Positions 11,487-30,484 of a stretch of DNA of 64,000 bases are shown one piece after another. The notes beneath the pieces were generated by a model that saw only the letters and a list, made by a program, of their open reading frames with translations, was not told where the DNA came from and made no database searches. Source of the DNA: Phaeosaccion multiseriatum (taxonomy: Eukaryota; Protista; Ochrophyta, other classes). Position 1 is the stretch's first letter, and each line of letters opens with the position of its first letter. Location: contig OZ218962.1 in NCBI GenBank assembly GCA_965112735.1, forward strand, positions 3,224,001-3,288,000, given 5' to 3'. The position numbers and the translations under genes were made by a program.

Positions 11487-14400
11487 ATGAGGGAGGCCGT
11501 GGCGACGGTGGCGATGGTGATGGCGTCTAGAGGAGCGCCTCCAGGGGGGTGTGGGGGCCTGGCCATGGAGCGGCCCTCTTTCTGCAAGGCGGGCACTGGT
11601 GCGATGATCATGCCCACACTCAGGGGGGTGCACTCAGCGGCAGCGGCAGGAGGAGGAGGAGGAGGACGGAGCAGCCTGAGCAGCCTGTTTGGCAGCGTCG
11701 GCGGCTCGGGGGGCAGGAGGAGATGTCGCCATCGCATGACCGCCCCAGAGCAGCCCCGCCTGCAGCACGGCGTGGCTCAAGGGCAGCGGCGCAGGCACAA
11801 CGGCCGCTCTCGCCCCCCCCCCCCTCTGTGCGGCCCTTTGGCTGCGTCTGCTTCCACCCTTGACCCAAACAATACCGCCGCAAAGTGGAAAAGGTATGAG
11901 CTGGAGGAGGAGGAAGACGAAGAGGACGAAGAACTAGGAGGAGGGGGATTTCCGCCGGGAGGAGGAGGAGGAGGAGGAGGAGGAGGAGGAGGAGTAGGAA
12001 GAGGAGGAGGAGGAGGAGGAGGAGGAGGAAGAAGGGGAGGCACAGCAACAAGGTGAGTCGAGGAGGGTGGGGGGGGGGGGCTGGCCTGCGAGGCGGTGAC
12101 GCGTGTAGCCCGTAGCCCGCCAAACAGACGAACCACTTACACTTACCACTCGTCACCTGCTACATCCTCCCATGTCACTCAAGACCCCCCCCCTTGCTCC
12201 CCTTACCACTCACAATGCGCCTCTTGCTCTGTCCTTGCGCACCCGCCCGTATACCCAACTGCTTGTGCCCAATTGCTTGTTTGGCTCCCCTTTTGAAAGG
12301 GCGCGCTCCCGCCGCGAGTGGCGCCAAGCCCTGGCCTCGCTGGATGAGGTGCGATCCTTGGGACTCATCCCCGACGGGGCCCAATTCGACTCGGCTCTGG
12401 GGGCGTGCAAGAAGACGACGGAGCTGGCGGAGGCCCTCGAACTGGTGGACGAAATGCGCGCCCTCGGTCAGTCGTGCATCCAGGCCATTCGCAGGCACAT
12501 GGGCGGGCATCTGAAGGCGTATGGGTGGTCGGGTCGTTTGGGGTCCTGTGGGGTGGGTGGAGGCAGACACTTGCAACTCTCCTTAGGCAGTGTGGCAGGC
12601 AGGCTGTCCGAATTATCCTCTCTCTTCACACAAGCACACATGTACACAAACCCACCGGAGGGTGGAGGCTTTGTGACGACCTTTCTCTTTGGTCGCTTTG
12701 ACTCACTCATACCTCTCTCTTCAGTCGCTGTGACTCACTCATGCTGCCACTCTCCGACCGATCCTCGCCCCCCCACCCTGTCTAGCTCCACGCTCACTCA
12801 CCTCCCCCCCATTCATTTGCAGGCATCCGCCCCAACCTCGCAAGCTTCGGCGCTGTGCTGACAGTGTGCGGGAAGGCGCAGCGGCTGGAGACGGCGCTGG
12901 GGCTGCTGGAGGACATGCGGCAGGAAGGGGTCGGTTTGAGTGGCGGTGCTGAGGTTGGCGGTGCTGAGCCCGATGTGACCTCCGATGTGACCTCCGATGT
13001 GACCTGCTATAACGGGGCGCTGCGGGCGTGCCTGTCTCCCTCCGGACGCCCTGCCGTGGCGCTGGGCCTGCTCTCTGACATGAGACGAAGAGGAGTGAAC
13101 CCTGACGCCACCTCCTACTCCATCGCCATTAAGGTGCGTGAAGGATTAAGATTCAACGGCGTGAAGCAAGACTACGCGTCCTGACACCAGGCCTGCCCGC
13201 CCCCGCCCCCCCACTCCCCCCTTTTCTACACACTCGCGAATCGCCCCATGTGCCTCCAACTGACCACGTACGCCCCATGTGCCTCCAACTGACCCCACAC
13301 GACCTCCCCAGGTGTGCACGCTGTTCAACTCGATGCCCTTGGAGGTGGGCGGCAAGGCCAGGTCCAAGCTTGCCGTGGGGAGGGAGACGTCAAAGCAGCA
13401 ACTGCAGCTCCTCGACGAAATGCGACAGGAGGGGCTCACCCCGACCCTCGCCAGCTTCAACGCCGGCCTAGAGGCGCACCGGCTCAGGGAAGAGCCCGAG
13501 GGGGCACTGCAGCTCCTCAGCGACATGGTGTCCGACCCTGCAGCCACGCCCCCCGACTTGAAGAGCCTGAAACTGTGCATCCGAGTGTGTAAGAAAGCCC
13601 ATCGAGCCGGGGCCGTCCGCGTGTTGCGAGAGATGCTTCTGGAGGCCAAGCAATACGGACCGCTCACTGCGGGGGGCAGGGCGGGCGTGGCCAGGGTGGA
13701 CGCGGCGATTGAGGCGTGTGGGGTGGATCGGGAGAGGGTCGAGGAGCGGGGGGAGATGAAGCGCTTGCAGAGGGAGATGAAGAAGCACAAGCAGAGGATG
13801 GCCTTGAAGGAGCAGTTGGTGCTACAGCGAGAGGCGGTGCTGGCAGCTGGGGGGGGAGACGTCCCGCTCGGCGGAAGCGGCGCGGACGGGACACCGCAGC
13901 AGGCGGCGATAGAGCAGCACCAGCTGCAGCAGTTGGCGATCCAGCAGTTGGCGATGCAGCAGGTAGGCACGCAGTCAGTCTAGGAGGGGCAGCAGGGCAG
14001 CAGGGCAGCAGGAGGGCGTTTTGTGGCGCTTTGGCCCTTGGCGCGTGTATATTGATGGGGCGCTGTACCACCCTTACCTCTCTCTCTACCTCTCTCTACC
14101 TCTCTCTTCTCTCTCTCCCTTTCCCTCTCCCTCTCTCTCCTTCTCTCGCCCTCTCTCCTCTCTTCTCTTCGTGTGTGTTTTTGTCTCAGGTCAACAAATC
14201 CGCCACAAAGAGACGGAGCGACATGATCAAGGGAACGTGTGTAAGTTAATGAAATGAATCTCGGGGCTGGCGTGGCGTGTCGGTTTCACCTCACACCTCG
14301 GCTCACGTTCCAACTTCACTTGCGCGCTGCCTTCTTCCCTTCTTCCCAATTTCACTCCCTCTGTCTCTCGGCTGCCCCCCTCGTCTCTCTCTCTCGTTTC

Positions 14401-16341
14401 CCCCTCTCCTCCTTTCTTGCTTTGACCCCTCCCTACATCACACCACACTCTCCCTCCCTCCCCTTCCCTCCGCCCCCCTCCGTCTTACCCCATCTCTCTT
14501 CCTCTTCTCTCCCCTGTCGCCGCCCTCATCTCCCTCTCGCTTTTGTCCTCTCTCTTTCCTCCTCCTGTTCACGCCCCTTTCCCTCCTCCTCTCTCGCTCC
14601 CTCTCTCTCTCCTTCTGACCCTCTCTTTCCCCTTCTCTCCCTCCTTCTCTCTCTCCCCTCCCCTCTCCTCCCCCCATGCTCACTTGCGTACCCAGGGGGG
14701 TATTCTGGACCGCGACAGCATCGCCTCGCTGCGCAAGATGGTGGCCAATGGCAGCCTGGAGGAGGTGTTGGGGCTGTGTAAGACAGGCAAGGAGGCGTAC
14801 ATCTTCCACGGCAAGATGCAGAGGGAGGTCAGAGAGACTACGGGAGGCAAGCGCGGCGGCACCTTCAGAGGAGGCAAGAAGGGCGGCAGGAAGGGCGGGA
14901 GGAAGGGCGGGAGGAAGGGCAGAGGCGGGGGGGCAGAGCGCGAGGAGGCCGAGGAGAGGGAGGAGGGGGAGGAGGCGCCTCTGTCGTTGTCGGCGGCAGT
15001 GAAGGTGTTCAAGCCATCTGTGAATGAGTTCTCCAACAGGGCCGATTACGTTCGCCTGGACAAGCGCTACACAGGAGTCAAGTACAGGCAAGTACAGGAG
15101 GATGCGTGAGGCTGTGCGGGTTTGTGTGCGTGTGCGTTTATGTGTGCTCGTATGTGTACGCGTCTGTGCGCGTGCGTGTGCATGTGCGTGTGCGTGTGCG
15201 TGTGCGTGTGCGTGTGCGTGTGCGTGTGCGTGTGCGCGCGTTTATGTGTGTGCTTGTGTGTGCTTGTGTGTGTACGTGTGTGTGCGCGCGTGCGTGGCAC
15301 AGATATAACGGCGAGGGAGGAGGCTGGTACGGTGGACGGTGATGAGAGCGAGAGACCATCGAGAGAGATGAGAGAGGGGACCCTCACCCTAGCTCGCCAC
15401 CTCCAACACCCTCGCACTCATCCTTTGCTCATCCTTTGCTCATCCTTCGCTCCTACCCCCCCCCTCAACCCCCACAGACAGCAGCACGGCCGCAAAGCCC
15501 TAAAGCTGTGGTCCGAGAAGGAGCACCGTAACCTGAAACGTCTGTTCAAGGCCGCAGTGCCCTGCCCTGAGCCGCTGGCCCTCAAACAGAACGTGCTGGT
15601 CATGAGCTTCCTCGGGGAGGAGGGACGGCCCAGTCCGCAGCTCAGAGAGGTGTCTCTATCGAAGGAGGGGTGGGACCGCGCCTACATCCAGTGTCTGGAG
15701 CTTGCCCGGGCCATGCTGCTGCGGTGCAGGCTTGTGCACGCCGACCTCTCGGAGTACAACATCCTCTACCACAAGCAGGTGAGGGGCAAAGAGTGCAGAT
15801 GGAGGCATATGGGGGCGTGAGGCGGTCTAGGGCGAGGTGCCTTGCTACGTGCTGCTAACCAATGCGTGTCGGGCCCCGTGCGTTCGATTCACCTTGTCCC
15901 CATCACAGGAGTGCCACGTCATCGATCTGGGGCAGGCCGTGGACTCGAGTCACGAACAGGTCGGTGCTCTCTCCCTGTATGGTTGTGCCTGCCTGTCTGC
16001 CTATCTGCTACCTCCCTGCCCCCACCTCCTCCACTCAGTGCCTTCGTTCTCTTGGCGGAGCTCGTGTGCTTGGCTCTCTCGCCTCTGCGTATTCATTCAG
16101 TGTTTGCCTTTGTCCTGCGTTGTGTCCCCTCCTGCTTTCACCTTCTCACTTCATTTCTCCCACTCTTTCGTTTACCGTGCCGTCATTCCCTCCCTCTGGC
16201 ACCCCTCCCTGAACCCCCCCTCGTTCCCCCTCGTTCCCCCTCGTTCCCCCTCGTTCCCCCTCGTTCCCCCGCGTCCCCCTCCGCTCTCCCCCTCTGTGCC
16301 CTTCTCATGTCCTCTCTCTCACTGCCCCTCCCCCCCCTCGC

Positions 16342-16397
<56 letters not shown>

Positions 16398-17119
16398 GTC
16401 TCTGTAAGCAGTCAATGAAGATGCTGGAGCGGGACTTGGCGAACTTGCGCAGCTTCTTCGACAGGAAGGGTGTGCGCTGTCTGCCCAAAGAGGTGGAGTT
16501 CGCCTTTGTGACGCAATTCAAGGGGCCGCGAAACAAAGTCGAGGCCATCGATATGACCATGAAGGCCGCTGCCAAGAGGGCGTGGCGCAGCGGCAAGTCC
16601 GGCGGGGGGCAGGGGGCGGGGGAGGAGGAGGAATTTGAGTTTGTGTTTGTGGACTACGAAGACGAAGACGAGCAGCAGCCCTCTGAGGGCGGGACGGGTG
16701 CTGAGGAGGAGTACAGCAGCAATGTCGAGGAAGAAGAGGAGGGAGGAGAGGAGGACGAAGACTTCAACCACTACGAGGGGGGGTCGGTGGAGGATCACCA
16801 GGACGCATACCGAGACGAGGAGGAAGAGGGGCGCATGGCGGCATCCAGGGGGGGCAAGGAGGGCTTGGAGTGGAGGAGCCCTGTCCCCAGCGCTGCGGCG
16901 GTGCGTGCGGCAGAGGCTCTGGGGGCCTCTCCGCTCATGATGGGAGGGGCGGCGGTGGAGCTGCTGCTCAGGATTGAAATTAGCCGCAGTGGTTGCATTG
17001 GGAGCGGTGCTGCAAGCGTGGCAGAGCAAGGCCAAGAGACGGTGACTGCGGACGCGCTACTGTCTGCCCTGGGGGTGACTGAGCAGGACCGGCTTGTGGC
17101 GCGTAAGTTCTTGCGCTGA
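11487..17119 (+). CDS. Pentatricopeptide-repeat + RIO-family atypical kinase fusion protein
   Basis: Exons 11487-12052, 12300-12466, 12823-13133, 13312-13962, 14190-14240, 14696-15087, 15478-15778, 15910-15959 and 16412-17119 (last three approximate). PPR motifs include GIRPNLASFGAVLTVCGKAQRLETALGLLEDMRQEG. RIO motifs are KTGKEAYIFHG, AVKVFK, LWSEKEHRNLKRL, LVHADLSEYNIL, VIDLGQAV and LERDLANLRSFF. The start codon is uncertain. Confidence 0.75.
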
Positions 17120-17289
17120 GGCCGAAGGTCCAAGAGGCGGCTTATTGTTTAGGCCTGTGCCTCCTTCCTTTCTCGACCTCTCTACTTGTGTACATAAAAA
17201 TATAAATATAAATATTGGTATTTGAGGAGGAGGAGGTTCAGTTTACAGTTTCAGCCGTTCCAGAAAACCACAATTCAAAGGAAGAGAGG

Positions 17290-17886
17290 ATGGGAGAGGA
17301 GGCAGCAGGACGAGGAGCACGCCGGCGGGAGCAGCAACGCAGCCTGTCCTTCCTCTTCCGGAGCTTTTCCTTCCTCCTTGTGCTTTCTCGGCCGCACCGC
17401 ACTACGGGGGAGTCCTTTGGGGGGACAGTCACCAATCCCTTCGCCGTGGCGGCAGACACGCAGGCCCACGAGCTACTGTCCAATGACACACTAAGCAAGG
17501 TCTACGTCGACATGGACAGCCTCGACAGCGCGGGCTGCAGCAGCTACCTGTGCCCCGGGCTGCCCTTGGTCATGGGCGGATACCTCCGCAGCGGCTGCAG
17601 AGACAGCCTGGCAGAGTACGGGACTCGCAACCACCTCGACATGCTCCAGGAACAGCCCCTGGCGAGCGCTGCGGCCACAGGCGCTGCCCTCGGCCCGCTC
17701 CTACAGAGCTTGCCCCCCTCAGGGCAGGAACAGGACCAGAATCTTGAGGCTTTCGGCGTCTCTACCACCGCTCTGGTGGGGCTCTCGGCCGGGTGTGCGC
17801 TGTTTGCCTTTGTGGTGGGGGCCGCTTCCTCGTACAGACTCTCTCCTTCCGTGGCTTACTATGACTCCACAGCCTGGGACAAGTGA
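17290..17886 (+). CDS. Hypothetical single-pass membrane protein
   Basis: Non-repetitive ORF with an N-terminal hydrophobic stretch and a C-terminal TM-like segment ALVGLSAGCALFAFVVGA. No family recognised, and the 3' end may be spliced. Confidence 0.4.
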   Translation: MGEEAAGRGARRREQQRSLSFLFRSFSFLLVLSRPHRTTGESFGGTVTNPFAVAADTQAHELLSNDTLSKVYVDMDSLDSAGCSSYLCPGLPLVMGGYLRSGCRDSLAEYGTRNHLDMLQEQPLASAAATGAALGPLLQSLPPSGQEQDQNLEAFGVSTTALVGLSAGCALFAFVVGAASSYRLSPSVAYYDSTAWDK

Positions 17887-18606
17887 GGGGTGGCAAGTGC
17901 AGCCCAGCGAAGGGGAGGACCTTGGCAAGGACAAGGAGAAGGGACACGCACGCAGCATTGGACAACATGTTTTCACCATCACCGGAGGAAAGGAGGGCAG
18001 AGGGCTCACCGGCGGGTGCGGACTTTCAGTGCGGGGTAGTTGCTTGCTTTGGGGAAGGCGTGCCTGTCACAGCCAAGGGCCGCAGCAGCACCTCGTCCCT
18101 CCTCGGGGCCCTCAGCGCTTTCATCAACCCCTTTCCTTGACTATCTGATTACTGAGTATGGCCGTCGCAGCCGGCCTGAATACTGACTATGACCGAACCG
18201 GGCCGGATTACTGATTATGGTCGGCGCATACCATAATCAAGCCCAGGGCCGACTCTCAGCCCTTGCCTCAGCCCTTGCCTCGGCCAGCGACCGCATACGA
18301 CCTCCGCTGGTCGCGGAGCTCACACGGCACAACCGGCACCAAGGCATGAGGGGCTGGGTGCTTCATCGCCTTGGGGCATCAGGAGAAGGTTGTGGCGCGG
18401 GGCTGAGCCTGCAGAGGAGCAGAGGAGCAGAGGCGCCGTGCAGTAGAGGAGGTTGGTGGCCCTGCCCGCCGGATTGTGCGGACTGTCGTGAGCCGCACAT
18501 CCCTCCCCTCCTCGCGCTGCCGTTGGTACTCGGGGCGGAGGAGTGCATAGAGTCAATGTCGGAGCGCCAGGGGAGAGTGAGCTGCGTTCATTCTCCCCTC
18601 CCTCCC

Positions 18607-18793
18607 CCCCTGTAGGGAAAGTGAGCTCCATCCAACAGCCTCTCCCCTGTAGGGAAAGTGAGCTCCATCCAACAGCCTCTCCCCTGTAGGGAAAGTGAGC
18701 TCCATCCAACAGCCTCTCCCCTGTAGGGAAAGTGAGCTCCATCCAACAGCCTCCCCCCTGTAGGGAAAGTGGGCTCCATCCAACAGCCTCTCC
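18607..18793. repeat. 37-bp minisatellite x5 (tgtagggaaagtgagctccatccaacagcctctcccc)
   Basis: Directly visible; head-to-tail with no spacers. Confidence 0.95.
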
Positions 18794-19433
18794 TGAAAAG
18801 TTCGCCTCTCCCTCTGTCGCTGTCAGGACGAGGAGCCGCAGCAGTTGGTGCTTCAGCCGAGGGAGGCAGGCACGAGCGGCAGAGTGGAGGAGGGGAAGGA
18901 GGGGGGAGGGGCATTGGATGGCAGTGGACGGCAGTGGACGGTGCCATAGTGAGGCAGCGGCCCTACCTTCCACACGCAGTGCTTCAATTCGAAGCTTGTT
19001 TCGCACCACCACTTCACTACGTACTATTATTCGTATGTTTATTTATAAAGCTCCACGCTTCTCCCTCCCTTCTAGCCTTGCTTGCCAGGGTCAAGCATGT
19101 TCGGGAGAATGCCCGCCGCTGATGATGCGTGACCTTTCGAAGCCTGCTCGGCCTCCTCCTGGCCCCCGCTGACCCTCGCCGCCAGCCGCTTCATTCAGAG
19201 GGATGCGACCTCTGGTTGTCTAAAAGTAACATCGGAACAAAGTTGAGATCAGGCAGGACCCTGTGTCGAATCGATCGCTCGTGTCGGGCCCGCTGGAGCG
19301 CCACGGCCAATCGCCGTCGAATCCGAATGACGCAAACAGCTTCCTGCCTACACGCACTTTGAATCCATCCGGTCACAGATGGTAGTTTGGGAAGAAAGAA
19401 AAAGAAGCCTCATCAAACAACAATTCAACCCCT

Positions 19434-23136
<3,703 letters not shown>

Positions 23137-23403
23137 CCGCGCGGCTGAGCTGTCGGGCCTTGGAGCTGTCGCCTGTCGATCGACTGTCGAAATCTGTCTG
23201 TTCAGCCATCGAGTGCCATCGAGTGCCATAGAGTGCCATCGAGTGCAGAGCGCTGCTCCTCAGCGACTCCTGCCTGGCACGGAGAAGGGATGGAAGTGGA
23301 TGACAGTGGATGGCAGTGGGTTGCAGTGGACAGCGAGGCTGCGAAGGCGAAGGCCGACATGCTCAGTGCGCGCGTTACTTGTGCCCCTGAGGCTCCTCGC
23401 GAC

Positions 23404-23585
23404 ACGTGTGGCTTAATGACGAGCGACTGCGAACGGTCAATGGGCGAACGGACGGGACGGGCGGACGCATGGAAGGCAGCAGATGGGCGGACTCTTTGAC
23501 GTCCCCTCTGCTGCTTCTGTGTTGTTTTGCTCTGTTCTGTTCTGTTTGTTCTGTCCAGCACGTCGCTTTGACAAGCTCCACACGT
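23404..23585 (+). promoter_or_regulatory. SECIS element (type-2-like, very long apical stem) in the SelO 3' UTR
   Basis: Helix I acgtgtgg-ctt/aagctccacacgt. Core ATGAC (23416-20)/TGAC (23569-72). Helix II GAGCGACTGC/GCA-C-GTCGCTT. AA at 23432-33 lies 12 nt after ATGA. Pairing was assessed by eye. Confidence 0.75.
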
Positions 23586-23949
23586 TCTAAATGACGTTGC
23601 GTGGCGTCATGTACAAGAGGGAAGAGAGAGACAAGGAGCGAAGGGTGGACAAGAGAAGGGGTTATAATATCGAACACATTGTACCACTATGCTCACAAAT
23701 ACCATGGCTTTCCCCCAGAACCTGGAACCTGCCTGGCCGGCTGGCGCCGACCAGAACCAGGAACCAGGCCGGCTGGCGCCCGCCAGAAGAACAGACCCTT
23801 CACACACGGTGTTTCCTGTACGATACGATAAGTCAATAAATTCCCGGGGGGCGTCGGCCGCGAAACGGCTCTGCTTTTTCCCTTCCCCTCAGGGAAAACT
23901 AACAAAGGAGCAGAGCTATATGTACAATGGTCTTCCCTTAACTTGACGC

Positions 23950-25875
23950 ATGGGGCACCATCACTCCTCCAGAGTAATGGAGGGCACCTCAGGAATGACG
24001 AAGAGGGGCTCGACGAAGAGAGGACAGGTCAAGCGTGCAGCATTGCCGAAGAACAGTGCAGGGTTGGCCAAACATGGTTCCAAGAGAGGCTCGACGAAGA
24101 GAAGACAGGTCTTACCTGCGGCAATGCCGCCGAGGAATACTAGTGCAGGGCCGGCGGCCTTGCGAATCATGGCCAACCATGGCTCATACAGAGCTCTGTG
24201 GGGGGTGTGCAAGGAGGTGGATGAGATCAACTCCCGCAATTCCCGTACGTTGGCGATCTACGCCGGCATGCCGGCGTGGGAGCAGCGCGAAGTGCTGAGT
24301 CTACTAAGGCGAAAGAAGGGAGAAGAAGAGATGAGGGACAGAGCATCTTCCCTATCCAACAAAGGGACGGCTGGTGCGATACAGCCAGCCGTGGGGGTGG
24401 GCCAGGTAAAGGAGGAGGAAGACGTCATGGTGAGATCATTTCGCGTGGTGGCTGTGAAGATTGGCTGTGGGTACATGTATGACCAGGACGATCACCTTCC
24501 ACACGACTATGGATGTAGGGTTGGCGCATACGACTATGGATATAGGGCTGGCGTTTCGAAGGGACGACGGGCTCGGTTAGTACAAGCATCGATAAAGCGT
24601 GTGCACTTTACGGGGTTTCGCGTGGCGGCAAGTCTTTACCTCAGGGACGACGATGACGAAGAGCTAAGAGACGAGGAAATGATGACGTTTGCAGACAGGC
24701 CTTTCGTGTCGAAGGTACTGCCGCTGTTACCAGCATCGGTCAAGCGTGTGCATTTCCCGCCGGATTTCAATGAGGTGGACGTATCTCTACCTGACACAGT
24801 GGAGGAGGTGGAGATGCTGGGGGAGGAGTTCAACTCCCCTCTCAAGCTGCCTGCTGCTCTGAAGAAGATCACTTTTGGCTGGAACTCAAAGTTCAATCAG
24901 CAGTTGGTCCTTCCTTGTGGTGTGGAGGAGGTGGTGATGGGGCATGACTTTAATCTCCCTCTGGATCTTCCAGCCTCGCTGAAGAAGATCATATTCCGCT
25001 CTTCATTCAATCAGCAGCTGGTCCTTCCTAGTGGTGTGGAGGAGGTGGAGATGGGGTTTGACTTTAACCTCCCTCTGGAGCTGCCTGCCTCACTGAAGAG
25101 GATCAAATTTGACAGCAGGTTTAATCAGCACTTGGTTCTTCCTAGTGGTGTGGAGGAGGTGGAGATGGGGTGGAGCTTTAACCTCCCTCTGGACCTCCCG
25201 GCCTCACTGAAGAAGATCAAATTTGAAAGCAGGTTTAATCAGCACTTGGTTCTTCCTTGTGGTGTAGAAGAGGTGGAGATGGGGTTTGGCTTTAACCTCC
25301 CTCTGCAGTTGCCTTCCTCGCTCAAGAAGATCAAGTTTGGCAAGAACTTCAATCAGCACTTGGTCCTTCCTTGTGGTGTGGAGGAGGTGGAGATGGGGTT
25401 TGACTTTAACCTCCCTCTGGAGCTGCCTGCCTCTCTGAAGAAGCTCACATTTGCCTGGAGGTCTCAGTTCAACCAGCAGTTGGTCCTTCCTTGCGGTCTG
25501 GAGGAGCTGGAGATGGGGTGGAGCTTTAACCACCCTCTGAAGTTCCCTGCCTCGATGAAGAAGATTAGACTTGGCGAGAAGTTCAATCAGCACGTTGTCC
25601 TTCCTTGTGGTGTGGAGAAGGTGGTGATGGGGCGTGACTTCATCCGCCCTCTTGACCTCCCTGCTTCTCTACGGACTCTGAGGCTAGGGCAAGACTTTAA
25701 CCATCCTCTGGACCTTCCTGATTCTCTCCAGACGCTTAGCCTGGGACGGGCTTACACCTGCCCTCTGAAGAGCCTGCCTGCTGGCCTGAGGATGCTTGCG
25801 GTAGGGAGGGACTGCCCGCTGCCCGCACGCCTACCCAAGCGGCTGCTCCTGATCTTTGTGGATTGGGAAGGCTGA
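23950..25875 (+). CDS. Intronless FNIP-type repeat protein with F-box-like motif (paralog 2)
   Basis: 641-aa ORF with ALWGVCKEVDE and about 8 A/B repeat pairs near-identical at DNA level to paralog 1. The start may be a downstream Met. Confidence 0.85.
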   Translation: MGHHHSSRVMEGTSGMTKRGSTKRGQVKRAALPKNSAGLAKHGSKRGSTKRRQVLPAAMPPRNTSAGPAALRIMANHGSYRALWGVCKEVDEINSRNSRTLAIYAGMPAWEQREVLSLLRRKKGEEEMRDRASSLSNKGTAGAIQPAVGVGQVKEEEDVMVRSFRVVAVKIGCGYMYDQDDHLPHDYGCRVGAYDYGYRAGVSKGRRARLVQASIKRVHFTGFRVAASLYLRDDDDEELRDEEMMTFADRPFVSKVLPLLPASVKRVHFPPDFNEVDVSLPDTVEEVEMLGEEFNSPLKLPAALKKITFGWNSKFNQQLVLPCGVEEVVMGHDFNLPLDLPASLKKIIFRSSFNQQLVLPSGVEEVEMGFDFNLPLELPASLKRIKFDSRFNQHLVLPSGVEEVEMGWSFNLPLDLPASLKKIKFESRFNQHLVLPCGVEEVEMGFGFNLPLQLPSSLKKIKFGKNFNQHLVLPCGVEEVEMGFDFNLPLELPASLKKLTFAWRSQFNQQLVLPCGLEELEMGWSFNHPLKFPASMKKIRLGEKFNQHVVLPCGVEKVVMGRDFIRPLDLPASLRTLRLGQDFNHPLDLPDSLQTLSLGRAYTCPLKSLPAGLRMLAVGRDCPLPARLPKRLLLIFVDWEG

Positions 25876-26632
25876 CTGACCCGTGTTGATGGGGGGGGGG
25901 GGGAGTAGACAAGTGCGTGGCGTGCTTGTGAAGCTGCTCAGGGGATGACCGCCCCCCCCTCCTCCCGAACGGCGCCGCGACACCACTGGACAGAAAGTCC
26001 GATGCAACAACGCACAGGGGCAGCACCACGAAACGGTGTGTAGATAAAAGAGGAGAAAGATAGAGAGAGATTCGCCCTCGTACAGTAGAACGAGCTCCAT
26101 TAGGCGGTTAAACCATATAAAGTCCATTAGGCGGTTAAACCATGTAAAGAGAGAAACTTCATCCTAAGGATATTTCCAAAGGTGGCAACTCCTCCTCCCT
26201 TCCACACAGGACCAAGCGAGGCGAGCAAGGCGAGGGGCCAAAAGCAGCTCCGCCTGCCCTCCTTCGCTGTTCTTCGTATCCGTCTCTGCAAACACGTGCC
26301 ACACAGTGCCATACAGTGCCATACAGTGCCATACAGTGCCACACACGCCCTCAGCAGCAACACAGAGTGCAGCACGCTCCACTCGAGCTTCATTACTCAG
26401 ACTGAAACTGAAACTGCCCTAGACGTGGGCGCGTGTGCGTGTCCGCCGTAAGCTTCCAGTCCAAGCCCTTTCTTGGCGCCAACGAAGAGGCGGAGAACGA
26501 GTGAGGGGTGAATGTCCCTCTCTTCAAAATGCTCTCTTTGGTAAACTTGTTTGGGCCATTGCACAGCTGTCTCTCATGAATCAGCCGTCGCCCTCTACTG
26601 CTGTATCAGCAACTGCTGCCACTGCCGCCCCT

Positions 26633-30410
<3,778 letters not shown>

Positions 30411-30484
30411 GACCGCAGAAAATGCAAGTCGTCTTCTGCATCCAGCCAGATATCGCATCCAGCATCCAGCGTATACAGTTGGCA

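Noticed and set aside
18607-18793. 37-bp repeats as a CRISPR array
   Set aside because: Units are head-to-tail with no spacers, there are no cas genes, and the context is eukaryotic
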